Shown: one piece after another, positions 51,887 through 64,000 of the stretch
Numbering within the stretch: position 1 is the stretch's first letter
Layout of the letters: each line of letters opens with the position of its first letter
DNA from: Octopus sinensis
Taxonomy: Eukaryota
Assembly: GCF_006345805.1 (NCBI RefSeq)
Contig: NC_042998.1
Location: forward strand, 6,138,001 to 6,202,000
DNA length: 64,000 nucleotides
Direction of reading: 5' to 3'
The notes under the pieces: generated by a model
Seen by the model: only the letters and a program-made list of their open reading frames with translations
Told to the model about the DNA's origin: nothing
Database searches by the model: none
Made by a program: the position numbers and the translations under genes

Positions 51887-52754
51887 TTGTCATTTGGATC
51901 ATGAAAGTACTGGAGTAATGGCAAGCACCAACAGACCAACATTCTACAGAACCTAATTTTCTATTGTCTTTCGAGAGTTGGTGAAGTTCATGTCAGTCCA
52001 TTCTTTGATATAATCCTTTCACCTTCTCATCTTCTCAATTCCTTTTTTCTAAGCCTGTCTCTAGTATGATGGATTTGGTAAAACCATAACACTTATTTTG
52101 CACACAGCAGTTCTGTATGTGAGTGAGTTTATGTGTGTTTGTGCGTGTATGTATGTGTATATGTGAACACACATACACATGATGCTCACACAGAGAGAGA
52201 CATACTATTGTAATATATTCCATATAAGCAACCAAGTCTGTCACTCTATTGTTCTCAGTATGAAATAAATAGGTTGATAAAAAGCAAAAACAATTCCATC
52301 AGATCAAACTACTATCATATATTTTAGAGATTTACCACATAAAATAACACTGATAAAAGGCAATTCAGTTTTTTTTTCTTTCTTTTTTTCTTTTAATATA
52401 CTACCAAGAGAAAATACCTTTATAGACTCAGAAAGTATGGAGTGTGTACAAACATGAATTTATTCCAAAAATGTTGATAATAATGTTAGTCATCTAACGA
52501 CAGACATCACAAAAAAAGAAAAAGATAAAAAAGAGCGAAAAGTGCATCACCTAATCACAAATCAAATAAATGAATATCAAAATGAATACAAAAGCTGAAG
52601 TAACATTCTTTTCATGTGAGAAGTGATGAGAACGTTCTTTATTAATATATGCTCTTGTTGGGCTTACCTCTACAGAGGGTGAGCTTTGAATGGTAAAGTA
52701 ACTATGGTTGGTCTATGGTCATCGGCCACATTTAGATGGTAACCAATCAATAGC

Positions 52755-53192
52755 TGCCATATACATACATACATACATACATATATATAAACACACATAT
52801 ATATACATTCACATACATATATATACACATACATATATATATACACATATATATATATACACATATATATACACATATATATATATACATAAATATATAT
52901 ATATACACATATATATATACATACATATATATATATATACATATATATATACATACATATATATATATATAATATATATATACATACATATATATATATA
53001 CATATATATATATACAATATATATATATATAATATATATATATATACATATATATATATACATATATATATATACATATATATATACATACATATATATA
53101 TACATATATATATACATACATATATATACATATATATATACATACACATATATATATACATATATATATACATACATATATATATATACATA

Positions 53193-53228
<36 letters not shown>

Positions 53229-53370
53229 CATATATATATACATACATATATATATATACATACATACATATATATGCATACATACATACATACATACATA
53301 TGCATACATACATACATACATATATACATACATACATATATATGTAAGTATGCATGCATATATAATATAA
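52755..53370. repeat. (TA)/(TACA) microsatellite array, about 600 bp
   Basis: Direct inspection. Confidence 0.95.
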
Positions 53371-53892
53371 CATTGCATAAATGTGACTACTTCTGTTCTG
53401 TATACAAAACAGAAAAGTGTGGGGAGGTGTGTACACACATACAGGTGTACGTAAACAGGTGCGTGTACACATTACATATTAAAACTCAACAGTCTACAGA
53501 ACATATGAAATGACATCAAATTTAGCAGAAATCCAATTCCAAAACCAATTTTATGAAACAAGATGCACACATAGAAGTATGAGCATTTTTTTTTTTCCTT
53601 TTTCCCCAGTGGTGGAGACTTTTTAACCTCGAACAGCATACAGTTCTACTTATACATAATAAACAGATATTTTATAAAAATAAAATAAATAATCGTTAGT
53701 CAGTTGGAACTATTAATAAATACACCAGTGAAAATTATAAACAAATAAGTTTATCTACATTTAAAACAGGTCAAAGCTTAAAATTATACAATATGAAATT
53801 ATTTCAATAAGTATATAAATACTATTATTAAAATAGTAATGGTTAGAAAAAATAATTACACAGAAAGGAACACTTTCGGAATATATATAAAG

Positions 53893-54030
53893 TACAGGCA
53901 TGGCTGTGTGGTAAAGATGTTTGCTCCCCAACCACAAGGTTTTAGGTTCAGTACCACTGTGTGGCACCTTTGGCAAGTGTCTTCTACTATAGCCCTGGCC
54001 TGACAGAAGCCTTGTGAATGGATATGGTGT
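53893..54030 (+). mobile_element. SINE family A, head only
   Basis: tggctgtgtggtaaag...ggcacctttggcaagtgtcttctactatagcc. Confidence 0.75.
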
Positions 54031-54132
54031 ATATGTCATATGGGCAGTGCCTGAAGATTGTGCAAGGACACCAGATGTGTTTAAAAAAACTGTCTGGCAT
54101 GCCCTAGAGCACATGAAACACATAAAAATAAA

Positions 54133-54386
54133 TATAATTATAAAATTGGACAAGTACTGAGCAATGCCACATGGCAGAAGATGCGAAATGGCTCTAAAAC
54201 TACCTTATTCATCACATAGACACGGGCTGAAAGCGAGAGAGAGAACAAAAGAAGACTTTTTAAAAAATCATTTTTGTTCATTCCCTTACTTTCAGCCCAT
54301 GTCTGAATAAGGTAGTTTTAGAGTCATTTGGCGTCTTCTAGCATGTGGCATTACTCAGTAGTTGTCCTTATAATTTTATAATTATA
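54133..54386. mobile_element. Foldback / MITE-like element with ~100-bp imperfect TIRs
   Basis: 54133-54233 is the diverged reverse complement of 54289-54386. Confidence 0.7.
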
Positions 54387-54390
54387 GTCC

Positions 54391-54615
54391 AATCCATGCT
54401 AGCATGGAAAGCGGACGTTAAACAATGACAATGATGATGATATTTATAAAATTATTTTGTGTGTGTATATCATCATCATCATCATCATCATCGTTTAACG
54501 TCCGTTCTCCATGCTAGCATGGGTTGGACGCTTCGACCGGGGATCTGGGAAGCCAGAAGGCTGCACCAGGCTCCAGTCTTATGTGGCAATGTTTCTACAG
54601 CTGGATGCCCTTCCT
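54391..54615. mobile_element. Two family-B 3' ends tail-to-tail (+ at 54391-54441, - at 54470-54615)
   Basis: ccatgctagcatggaaagcggacgttaaac, then catcatc...gtttaacgtccgttctccatgctagcatggg. Confidence 0.82.
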
Positions 54616-54725
54616 ATATAACTTATTAAGGTGGTTATCCGCAAATTACAACTGAAAGTGATGCTAGAAATAAGAGTCAAAACAACTCTTAGCCATGTGA
54701 GAGCAGTTTTCTAACAACACAGGAT

Positions 54726-54769
<44 letters not shown>

Positions 54770-55557
54770 GAGACAAGTTGGCTTCCATTAATAGATGTTA
54801 ACATTTAATCTGAGTAGAGGAGTTGATTCTCATTATTGATTTAATACCTTGTACTTCTAGCTTGGCATCAGTTACAAAAGGCCAGGCAATATGTCATCTT
54901 TCTATGTGTGATAATCGTAGTCTCCTTACATTTTTAGGTAACAACATTGTCAATCAACTTCCTCAGCATTCTATGGTTAAACTCATCAAATTTGTACATT
55001 TTCACAAGAACTACATCATCCGTTCACACTATGTATGCATACCAATGAAGCTAGTGATGAATCGACTACATTAGCTAATGTTTCAACACCTGTTGCTTTC
55101 CTAACTCTACTTAAATTACACAGTGAAAGCAAAACAGAAAACGGTGCAGCCTTGATGGTGAGGCTTACTTCTTGGGCATAATTGAGGTGCTGATTCCAAA
55201 TACACAATCAGTTTTGCTTATCAGCTCTAACTAATTAATGATCTGTTACTTCGACACAAAAACAATAAAATCATTAATGCTATCAATAAATTATGTGGCA
55301 TTAAAACAGCCACACTATGTATTGTTGTTTTAGTCAGTTTATTTGAGTATAAAAGTTTAGTAGAACGTACTGCATTAGATTCTCAAAAACCTATAAGTAA
55401 AATAAACACAAGACATCATAATTTAACATATAAGATGCTTCGTTGGAGTTTTCTAGAGGGAGGCTAACTAGAGCCCCGCTGAAAGTTCCAGCATTAAGAA
55501 AGTTTTACCTATCATTTGTCTGTCCTGTTCAACTCTTTCACAATAATCTTGGCTTAA

Positions 55558-55779
55558 CCCTTCCGTTACCAAACCGGCTGAAACCAGCCCTGGCTCTATA
55601 ATACAAATGTCTTGTTTTCATGAGGTTGTAATCAAAATCTTCCACCAAACCTTAGTCACAATTTATGTTCCCAACACTAGCTTAATGATAACTAAGTTAT
55701 TTCACTAAATTCTTTGTTTATATTTAAAATAATTGAAAGAAACACAGAGCATCCCAAAATAAATACGGCAACGAAAGGG
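55558..55779. mobile_element. piggyBac-like MITE family P2
   Basis: TTAA TSDs; TIRs cccttccgttacc / ggcaacgaaaggg. Confidence 0.82.
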
Positions 55780-56533
55780 TTAAATCACCAAACTTTTCTG
55801 AAAAGTCCAAATGACTGGGCAGATCTTGGTCCTTTATGCTCTACAGTCCTCACTTGGGACAATGCTGCTGCTATGCAGACTGACATGCTATAATGCAACC
55901 ACAGAAAAACCAATATGCAGTTCATGGATTCTGTTGTACTTAGATACCCCAATGTATCTTGCATATGCTTTTCTTTTGTTTCCAATCCATTATAAGCCTT
56001 TTGTTTGTACAATGTTTGCAATGAATGCATGGTTTCTGGTGCCTCTATATTCATGTATATTCAGAAAGTTTTCATTCCGGAAGATACTAAGTAATAGCTT
56101 AGCAAAGTACTAACAAGTAACTAACCTCCAGCTGAATAACTGAGAAGTGTCAGACTATCTTTAGGTGTTGTTTCACAGAGTCTGGCAAACTAAATGATGA
56201 AGCCCAGAGAAATTACTGTTAGTGTCTACCTCACTACTTTAGGACATTTACTTACAGAATATGAGATGAACAAAAAGGGGTTTATGGAATATAACGTTTG
56301 ACCAGAAGACTAAATCACTGTCCAAATTCAAGCCTAATTCTGATCCAACCATTCATAGACTTAGACTTAAATTTCCAGCATTTAAACTGGTCATATCTGG
56401 CCAAATATTGCTCCTGCTTTAATTTCAAACTGGGCGGATCTGACCTCTCACATTAACCCCTACAAGATTTTATTCCCAAAATAAACAATCACAACATCAA
56501 AATAGCAAAGCTAGAAGATAACACACGATTAAT

Positions 56534-56834
56534 TCGAAAGAGCTGTTCTTCACTCCTGCTCCAGAGCGTCGGCTGCGGGGTCACTCCGAAAAGCTCTATC
56601 TGCGACAATTTCACCTCAATCGAAGGAGAGGGGCTTTCTCCGTCCGGATTGTGGATCTGTGGAATAAGCTGCCGGACGAGATAGTGAAGATGCCGACGAC
56701 CGCTCGGTTCAAAGTCTCCCTTGACCACTAATGGCCTTAACTCTTTGCATGAACACCACCCTGTACATAACTCCATGTCCCCCTACATGGCCTTGCTTTT
56801 TGCTTTTTGAGCCCAAAAATTAACTTAACTTAAC
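56534..56834 (+). mobile_element. CR1/L2-clade LINE 3' end, 5'-truncated
   Basis: Open frame ...LRGHSEKLYLRQFHLNRRRGAFSVRIVDLWNKLPDEIVKMPTTARFKVSLDH* matches the CR1 ORF2 C-terminus (RGH...FSxRVVxxWNxLP...FKxxLD); 3' UTR ends in (taact)n. Confidence 0.88.
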
Positions 56835-57010
56835 AATGTGAATAAATAAGCATTACTTTTGATAGAATATGAATAATATTTGATAAAAAATGGCGGTGCC
56901 CCAGCATGGCCACAGCCCGTGAGCTGATACTAGATAAAATAAAATAAAAAAAAAAATAAAGGGTTAATCTTACCAGTTTCACTATTTATCCATCTTGAAC
57001 TTAAACACAC

Positions 57011-57052
<42 letters not shown>

Positions 57053-57656
57053 AGAATATACCAGGATTCTTTCTGCCAGTTTTGTGTCATCCACCGAAAG
57101 AACACAATATCTTACTGTTGCCATCGCTCCTTCTCTAAAGCAGCATTTTACTTCTGTTAAGCTTAATAATGGAGTTACTTCACTAATGACTGGGATTACA
57201 TGTTCCTGTACAATGATATACACTAAGTGAGAAACAGAAGTGACATCAGCCCATCTCAACACTTTTATCATTTCAACAACTCTACCCGAATGTCACGCAA
57301 CATTATATTAGTGTTCAATAATTGCCTCTATTTTCAATCTCATTTCTACAAAGTCATTCTTAATTAATTACCAAAGAAAATTAATGAAACTCTAATTAGT
57401 TATTTGGCACTCTAACAAAAGCTTCAAGTCAATGATTCAAGGAAATTCTTGTAATATAAAGTAAAGAAATTATGTTGGAATACATACTACAAATGGCACA
57501 AAGTCCATGAAAGGGTCAACCGTTTTTTTTTTTTGTTTTTTTTTACATTACTCTCAAGATAAAAATTGGTTTGTGATTGTGCAGGATATGAAATTTTGTG
57601 TCCATGAAAGGAACAAACATACAAGGAAACTTCTACTAAATATGACAAGGAATGAA

Positions 57657-58070
57657 TAGGTGCAGGAGTGGCTGTGTGGTAAGTAGCTTTCTAATCAACC
57701 ACATGGTTGCGGGTTCAGTCCCACTGCATGGTACCTTGGGCAAGTGTCTTCTACTATAGCCTCGGGCCGACCAATGCCTTGTGAGTGGATTTGGTAGATA
57801 GAAACTGAAAGAAGCCCATCGTGTGTGTGTGTGTATATATATATGTATGTGTGTGTATTTGTGTGTCTGTGTTTGTCTCCCTAGCATTGCTTGACAACCG
57901 ATGCTGGTGTGTTTACGTCCTCGTCACTTAGCGGTTCGGCAAAAGAGACTGATAGAATAAGTACTGGGCTTACAAAGAACAAGTCCCTGGGTCGATTTTC
58001 TCGACTAAAGGCGGTGCTCCAGCATGGCCACGGTCAAATGACTGAAACAAGTAAAAGAGTAAAGAGAGAG
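57657..58070 (+). mobile_element. SINE family A
   Basis: Full-length copy. Confidence 0.92.
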
Positions 58071-58206
58071 TATTCTGTATGCCTTCAAATACTGTGATAG
58101 CATAATAAAGGAACTAATTACCAGAAATTATGGAAATTCTTTGAAGTGGCCAAAGCAAGGTAAATAAACAAATAATTAAACTAAAATTATCAAAGCAAAT
58201 TCTTAA

Positions 58207-58440
58207 CCCTTTTGTTACCATGTTTCTGTTCGAATACACTATACACTACCCTTGTTGCAATTAATTTTTAAAATGGTGAAGAATTTACAAAACTAAATTT
58301 GTCATGGTATTTGGTATGCTGGTATTTGGAACATAAATTAACATGATATTCTGTTAGAAGTTTTAATGAAGGTCAGTTTAAAACAGTAAGTTTGTATCAA
58401 TGAACCAGGGATAGTCTCAGTCAGATTAGTATCAAGAAGG
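58207..58440. mobile_element. piggyBac-like MITE family P2
   Basis: TTAA TSDs; starts cccttttgttacc. Confidence 0.75.
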
Positions 58441-58516
58441 TTAAATAACCTACTTTTATTTGAATTTATTTAAAGGTAAACATTTGCAACGTGGAAGGTG
58501 TTTATAAGCCATTTAA

Positions 58517-58738
58517 CCCTTTAGCATTTAATCCGGCCATAACCGGCCCAAATATTCCACCTTGTTTTATGTTAAAACTGTCTGGATCCAACCTCTCACA
58601 CCTACCCTACAATGTCATTTTAAAAATATATAGCCACACCATTTAAATTTTGAGGTTGCAAAATAATATGTGATTAATTCAAAACAGTATGAATTAAATA
58701 AGCAATAAATTTCACAAAGAAATCTGAATGCTAAAGGG
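58517..58738. mobile_element. piggyBac-like MITE family P1
   Basis: TTAA TSDs; TIRs ccctttagcatt / aatgctaaaggg. Confidence 0.85.
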
Positions 58739-59271
58739 TTAAGAAACACACAAAATCCGTTAGGTTCACTTCAACATTTAAATTTTATTTGTCAAAATAT
58801 TTTCGTTGCTTTGAGATCGCGACCTGTTCACTGACAAAATTCCATGCTGCAGCTCAGCCCAAAATTGAGATGCAGCAGATCAGGTCACTTGCTATGCAAG
58901 TACATCTCCGTAATTTAAAGGCAATAGTAAATTTAGTAAAATAACTCTGTCATTGTTAAGCTAGTGCTTAGCACACTAATTAGTATGAAATTTTGATTGA
59001 GAGTTTTAATTTAGAACACTTTAAAACAGGAAGCTTGTATCATAGAATCATAGTCAAGCTCAAGTGGTCTGGTATCAAATCAAAAAAGATTAAACAAGAA
59101 AAAGGGTCAGAAGTAGATTGTTGGCTTTAATCACACATTGATTAGTTGTGTGGTTGCTTAGTATTTTATTAGTATTTTAATTTCAATTCCAATGTGATAT
59201 GTGACAAATAATCATATTTTACACTCATCTGATAGATCACTAAAGCGCAACTATTTGAGACTATACATTAA

Positions 59272-59489
59272 CCCTTTAGCATTTAAACAGGCCAAGTCCT
59301 GCTCAAATATTCTACATGTTTTCACATTCAAACTGACTGTCTAACCTCTCACACCTAACCTACACCAACATTCTAAAAAGGAACAATCACATCATTAAAA
59401 CCGCAAAGCTATAAGGTGATACAAGATTAATTCAAAAGAATTTGAAAAAACAGTAGTATATTTAACAGAATAACCGGAATGTTAAAGGG
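59272..59489. mobile_element. piggyBac-like MITE family P1
   Basis: TTAA TSDs; ends ccctttagcatt / aatgttaaaggg. Confidence 0.8.
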
Positions 59490-59511
59490 TTAAATTATGC
59501 AATAGTTTTTC

Positions 59512-59840
59512 TTCATCATCATCATCATCATCTAACGTCCGCTTTCCATGCTAGCATGGGTTGGACGATTCGACTGAGGACTGGCAAACCAGATGGCTGC
59601 ACCAGGCTCCAATCTTGATTTGGCAGAGATTCTACAGCTGGATGCCCTTCCTAATGCCAACCACTCTGACAGTGTAGTGGGCACTTTACGTGCCAGCAGC
59701 ACAGGGGCCTGTAGGGCAGTACTGGCAACGACTTCGCTCAAATGTTTTTTCACGAGCCACCGACACAAGTGCCAGTAAGACGACGCTGGTAACGATCACG
59801 GCCGAATGGTGCCTTTTATGTGCCACCGACACGGGTGCCA
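59512..59840 (-). mobile_element. Retroposon family B, variant 5' units
   Basis: Tail and core match; the 5' units differ. Confidence 0.8.
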
Positions 59841-60839
59841 GTCATCTACACTTCCATCATATCAACCAACAGTTTTGTTCTTTGACTAGCTTTCAATTAC
59901 TGGACTACATTTGGGCTGATTGATCCCTGAACTTAGGTCTGACAATTTACTGATATTCATTTGTGCAACTGCTGAGTTACCAGACATAGCCAGACAAATA
60001 TAAACACAGACAAAAACACATTCTTTCATTCATTCACTTGTGCATTTGTATTTCCATGGCAGCTTGGGTTCATTAAATAGATATATTATTGAGGCATTGC
60101 TTTACATCCAGATGCAATTCCTCTAACACTTATTTGTTTTTCAACTAAGAGCTAACTTAATCCACATGTCTATGAATGCAGCAGATGACCTGATGAAAGC
60201 AGTAAAGAACAACAATGTTAGCCCCGTAACTGATTAACTTTTCTGGTAAGCTTCAATGTAAACAAACAAAGATGCGATCAAATGGTGGGATGGAGAGATT
60301 ACACACAGAAAGCATGAGCTTCTGTACAATTTCTGCTGATTAAATTTTTTTTTAATATGACATTAGATGAATGTAGTCTCTTTTAGAAGACACATACATA
60401 ACGCACTATGAAGTAGGACTCAGCCCAAAACCTCATGTCTGGCCACTAATGTATTTAGCAGAGCTAAACTCTTTAAAAGGCAATCCCTTGTGAAAACGTT
60501 ACTTTATGAAAAAGAGAAACAAATGAATTAATAAAGATATATATCTAGTACATTCTGTTAAGTGGTTGGTGTCAGGGAGAGTATCCAGCAGAAAGAACCA
60601 TGCCAAAGCAGATTTTGGAGTGTGGCATAGTCAGCTTGTTCAACTGTTCAACTCATACCAGCATAGAAATCAGATGGTGATGATGATGATGATTATGATG
60701 ATATTTGTAATACTTATGTAGGCCTTCCTAAGACATGGTTAAGAAATGCTGGTGAACAGGATTCTTCATTTGGCCAGTTCTTTGTGTAGCATATGATCTC
60801 TCAATGAGGCTAATTTGGGATTAAAAAGCAACTTCAAAT

Positions 60840-61058
60840 TACTCTTTACTCTCTTTTACTTGTTTCAGTCATTTGACTGCAGCCATGCTGGAGCACCGCC
60901 TTTAGTCGAGCAAATCGACCCCGGGACTTACTATTTTGTAAGCCCAGTACTTATTCTATCGGTCTCTTTTGCCGAGCCGCTAAGTGACAGGGACGTAAAC
61001 ACACCAGCATTGGTTGTCAAGCAATGCTAGGGGGACAAACACAGACACACAAACACAT

Positions 61059-61116
<58 letters not shown>

Positions 61117-61283
61117 ATATATATACATATACATATATACGACAGGCTTCTTTCAGTTTCCGTCTACCAAATCCACTCACAAGGCATTGGTCGGTCCGGG
61201 GCTATAGCAGAAGACACTTCAGTGGGACTGAACCTGGAACCATGTGGTTGGTTAGCAAGCTACTTACCACACAGCCACTCCTG
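60840..61283 (-). mobile_element. SINE family A
   Basis: Reverse copy with a short deletion in the head. Confidence 0.9.
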
Positions 61284-63685
61284 AGAATTTTTTTTTTTTT
61301 TTTCATTTTACTCTGCAAGGATACACATGCATTCCTTTCTATATTAGTTTACAATTCAATTTACCATTCAAGTTGCTTCTATATCAAGGTTTATACACAT
61401 TACCTTATCTTTATTTCCTTACTGCTTTCAATCTAAAGCGTCATGCATGTCATATACTTTCTGACTATTATTGCCATCTGGTTTATCATGCTACTACAAG
61501 GAGGAAAGTTTATGCTGCAGCAGTTATTTCCCTTCCTATCACCATCCGCTCCATAAAGTTGAAGTGGAGCCTACTTTCTGAAAGTTTTACAGTCAAGCAA
61601 ACTGCAATAAATTCACTTAGGTGCTTTATTCAAGAGTAACAAAACAGTCAGTGGTGCCCCCTACAGCTTTACTTTAAAATCACTTTATTTTATTTTTTTA
61701 TATATCTTTTTTTTTTAAATTCTGTGGCTAAGAACGAAACTGAATAGACTGCACACAAAGTATTTTGACTCTATTCATTCCGAAAAACCTGCTTCAAAAT
61801 CAGAATTAGGTGACTTCAGTTCAGTTTCTGATTATTGTGTACAACTATGTTAAAACATGGGTGGGGGCGATTAAGTCCTGCTTTATTGTTAAACTTACCT
61901 GGTATTGGAAAAAAACCATGAGTTAAATGTCAATTCTACATTCATGGACAAACTCTATAAACGGTCAGATGAGATTCTTGGCATTAAATAGCTTAACATA
62001 AAAATGGTATTCTATGACCCTGAATCAGTAAATGTAAGAAAGTTTCTGAAAAGAAGTAGATGTTTTTGTATGTAACTATTTCCATTGAGCTAACTCACTA
62101 TTTCGTTGGCTGACCTAAATTATTTTGAATAGAAGTAAATATTTTTAGTTAATGGTTGTGGCAAAAATTGAACCAACCAGTGATGTACAAGACACAAATG
62201 CTTCCAAATGTTATGAAGGCACCTATGTACACTGAGGGTGATAGATCTAGACCAATCAATAAAATCAATTAGAAAACATTTTTAAACTTTATCATGTCAA
62301 AACATAATAGCATCTGAGTTTAGTCTATCACTGAATTTCCCAAACAATCTTACAATTGGATCACAGATTTCTGCTTTATTGGACACTTAAATCTAGCAAA
62401 ACTATTCACTATCTAGCTAAAGCATGTGGATTAAGTCTAGTGATAGAGTATTTTATGGAAATGTCAGTAGCTATTCCTTTATTAGTCAAGCACAGATAAG
62501 TGAAACTAAAATAAAAAAAATGAAATTTGTAGTATATATATATTTGTAACTGTAAAACATAATGCAGTTTAAACGGAGTAAATAAATGTTTACTTTGTCT
62601 GGTTGGAGGAAGATAAATGAATAAAAATCTTAAGGTACCAATCACTATTATTATGGTATGGCTAATTACAAAAGCATTTGTATTGTCAGAGAATACTAAG
62701 GTAATTTTAGTAATCTCAGTATATCCAGAGGGGTCATAATTATAAGTTGTGGGAAAAGGGCTTTAACTTTTAATAGCTAACAATTATAACAAAACCGTCA
62801 TTAGTTTTCACAATTATCTGTAAGTCACTTTTGACTTGTGGACAAAAAGCCATTGATTTTAATAATTACCTGAATACCCGGTACAAATTTTGGTACATGG
62901 CCAGGAATTTTGGGGGAAGGGACAAGTTGATTACATCAAGCCCAGTGCTGAACTGGTACTCATTTCATCAACACCCGGAAGGATAAAATGTATGGTCTAT
63001 CCCAGTAGTATATGTAAAATGCAGCAGGAAGTATAAAAACAATGATGTTTGAATGTGTTACACTGCAATGTTTGCTAGATTTATGCAAATATGGCACTGA
63101 ACAGGGAAAGAATTCTAGAAAGATATAATAAAGACAACTGCAAGTCAATCTTTAAGCACAGAAAAGTTTTTGACAAGGATTGAACATCAGGTGGACTAGA
63201 TGTACATGAAAAGTCAGAAGGTGGGGTACTTATGCAAATAGTACCTCTTGTACTGCTCACATGACTTTCTTGATCAAATAAAAACCTTAAGGTATCAAAG
63301 CAACATCATGAATGGTAGTAACTGTAATGAAACTATTATAGGTAAACCATAATATGGTTGAATGAAGGTTGAGAAAATTGCAGCCAAAGAAGTGCCTCCA
63401 AGACCACAGTCGATAATGTATTCCTTGATATATTATAGCTGAAAGAAAAAAATGGAACTATTGCAGCAAAAAGGCTTCCAGTTACAGTTCAACTTAACCA
63501 GGATAAATTTGATACCAAACTACTAGTCCAATTGATTTATTATTTCATACAAAACAAAAATAAAAGACAAAAGGAGTATAGTGTAACAAATTAGTAAGTC
63601 TTGAGATACAAATATAGAAGCTACACAAAAATGGAGAAGAAGAATGTATGATCCGTTAGATATGCAACATTAATTTAGAAGAAGA

Positions 63686-63895
63686 CAGCAAGCTGGCAAA
63701 AATGGTAGCACGCTGGGCGAAATGTTTAGTGGTATTATGACAGTCTGAGTTCAAATTCTACTGAGGTTGACTTTGCATTTCATCCTTTCAGGGTCCATAA
63801 ATTGAGTACCAGTTGCATATTGAGGTTCGATCTAATAGACTGGGGCCCCACCCCCAAAATTTCAGGCCTTGTGCTTAGAGTAGAAAAGAACATTA
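63686..63895 (+). mobile_element. CORE-type SINE (family C), diverged
   Basis: gcaagctggcaaaaatggtagcacgctgggcgaaatg...catcctttcagggtccataaattgagtaccag. Confidence 0.75.
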
Positions 63896-64000
63896 ATTTT
63901 AGAAGAAAAGCAGAGCAGAGCACAGGCTGATAGAGTAAGTGACCATTAGGGATATTCTTTGGATTTGTGCAAGGGAGTCAATGATATTAATACAGACAAA

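Noticed and set aside
61893-61905. acttacctgg resembling the U1 snRNA 5' end
   Set aside because: No downstream U1 stem-loops or Sm site. It is simply a consensus minus-strand donor-like sequence with no convincing exon.

Overview
AT-rich, very repeat-dense eukaryotic DNA. From recall of the SINE families it looks like an Octopus genome, but this was not checked by search. Only one coding exon is convincingly supported: a 179-nt minus-strand internal exon (15662-15840) of a DEAD-box helicase that matches DDX49/Dbp8 (VMDEADRLL...RQTLLFSAT), with canonical AG/GT splice sites. I found no other DDX49 exon by eye. A 100-N scaffold gap (15226-15325) lies about 340 bp past its donor. The rest is intron-like or intergenic. 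It holds about 20 copies of a bipartite tRNA-headed SINE with a central microsatellite (my label: family A), about 15 copies of a (GAT)n-tailed element with an internal ~62-bp VNTR (family B), CORE-type SINEs (family C), TTAA-flanked piggyBac-like MITEs, a deleted mariner, hAT derivatives, a Helentron-like element, a CR1/L2 3' end, Penelope-like tails and long microsatellites. Nearly all ORFs in the supplied track are microsatellite or SINE artefacts. The most notable observations are a minimal hammerhead-ribozyme-like fold in both Penelope-like tails, a 99-bp direct duplication bracketing a family-B insertion, a 375-bp palindrome nested in a SINE, a microhomology-flanked SINE fragment capture, and several close inverted SINE pairs that could form dsRNA in the pre-mRNA. 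I see no clear evidence of a new multi-gene system.
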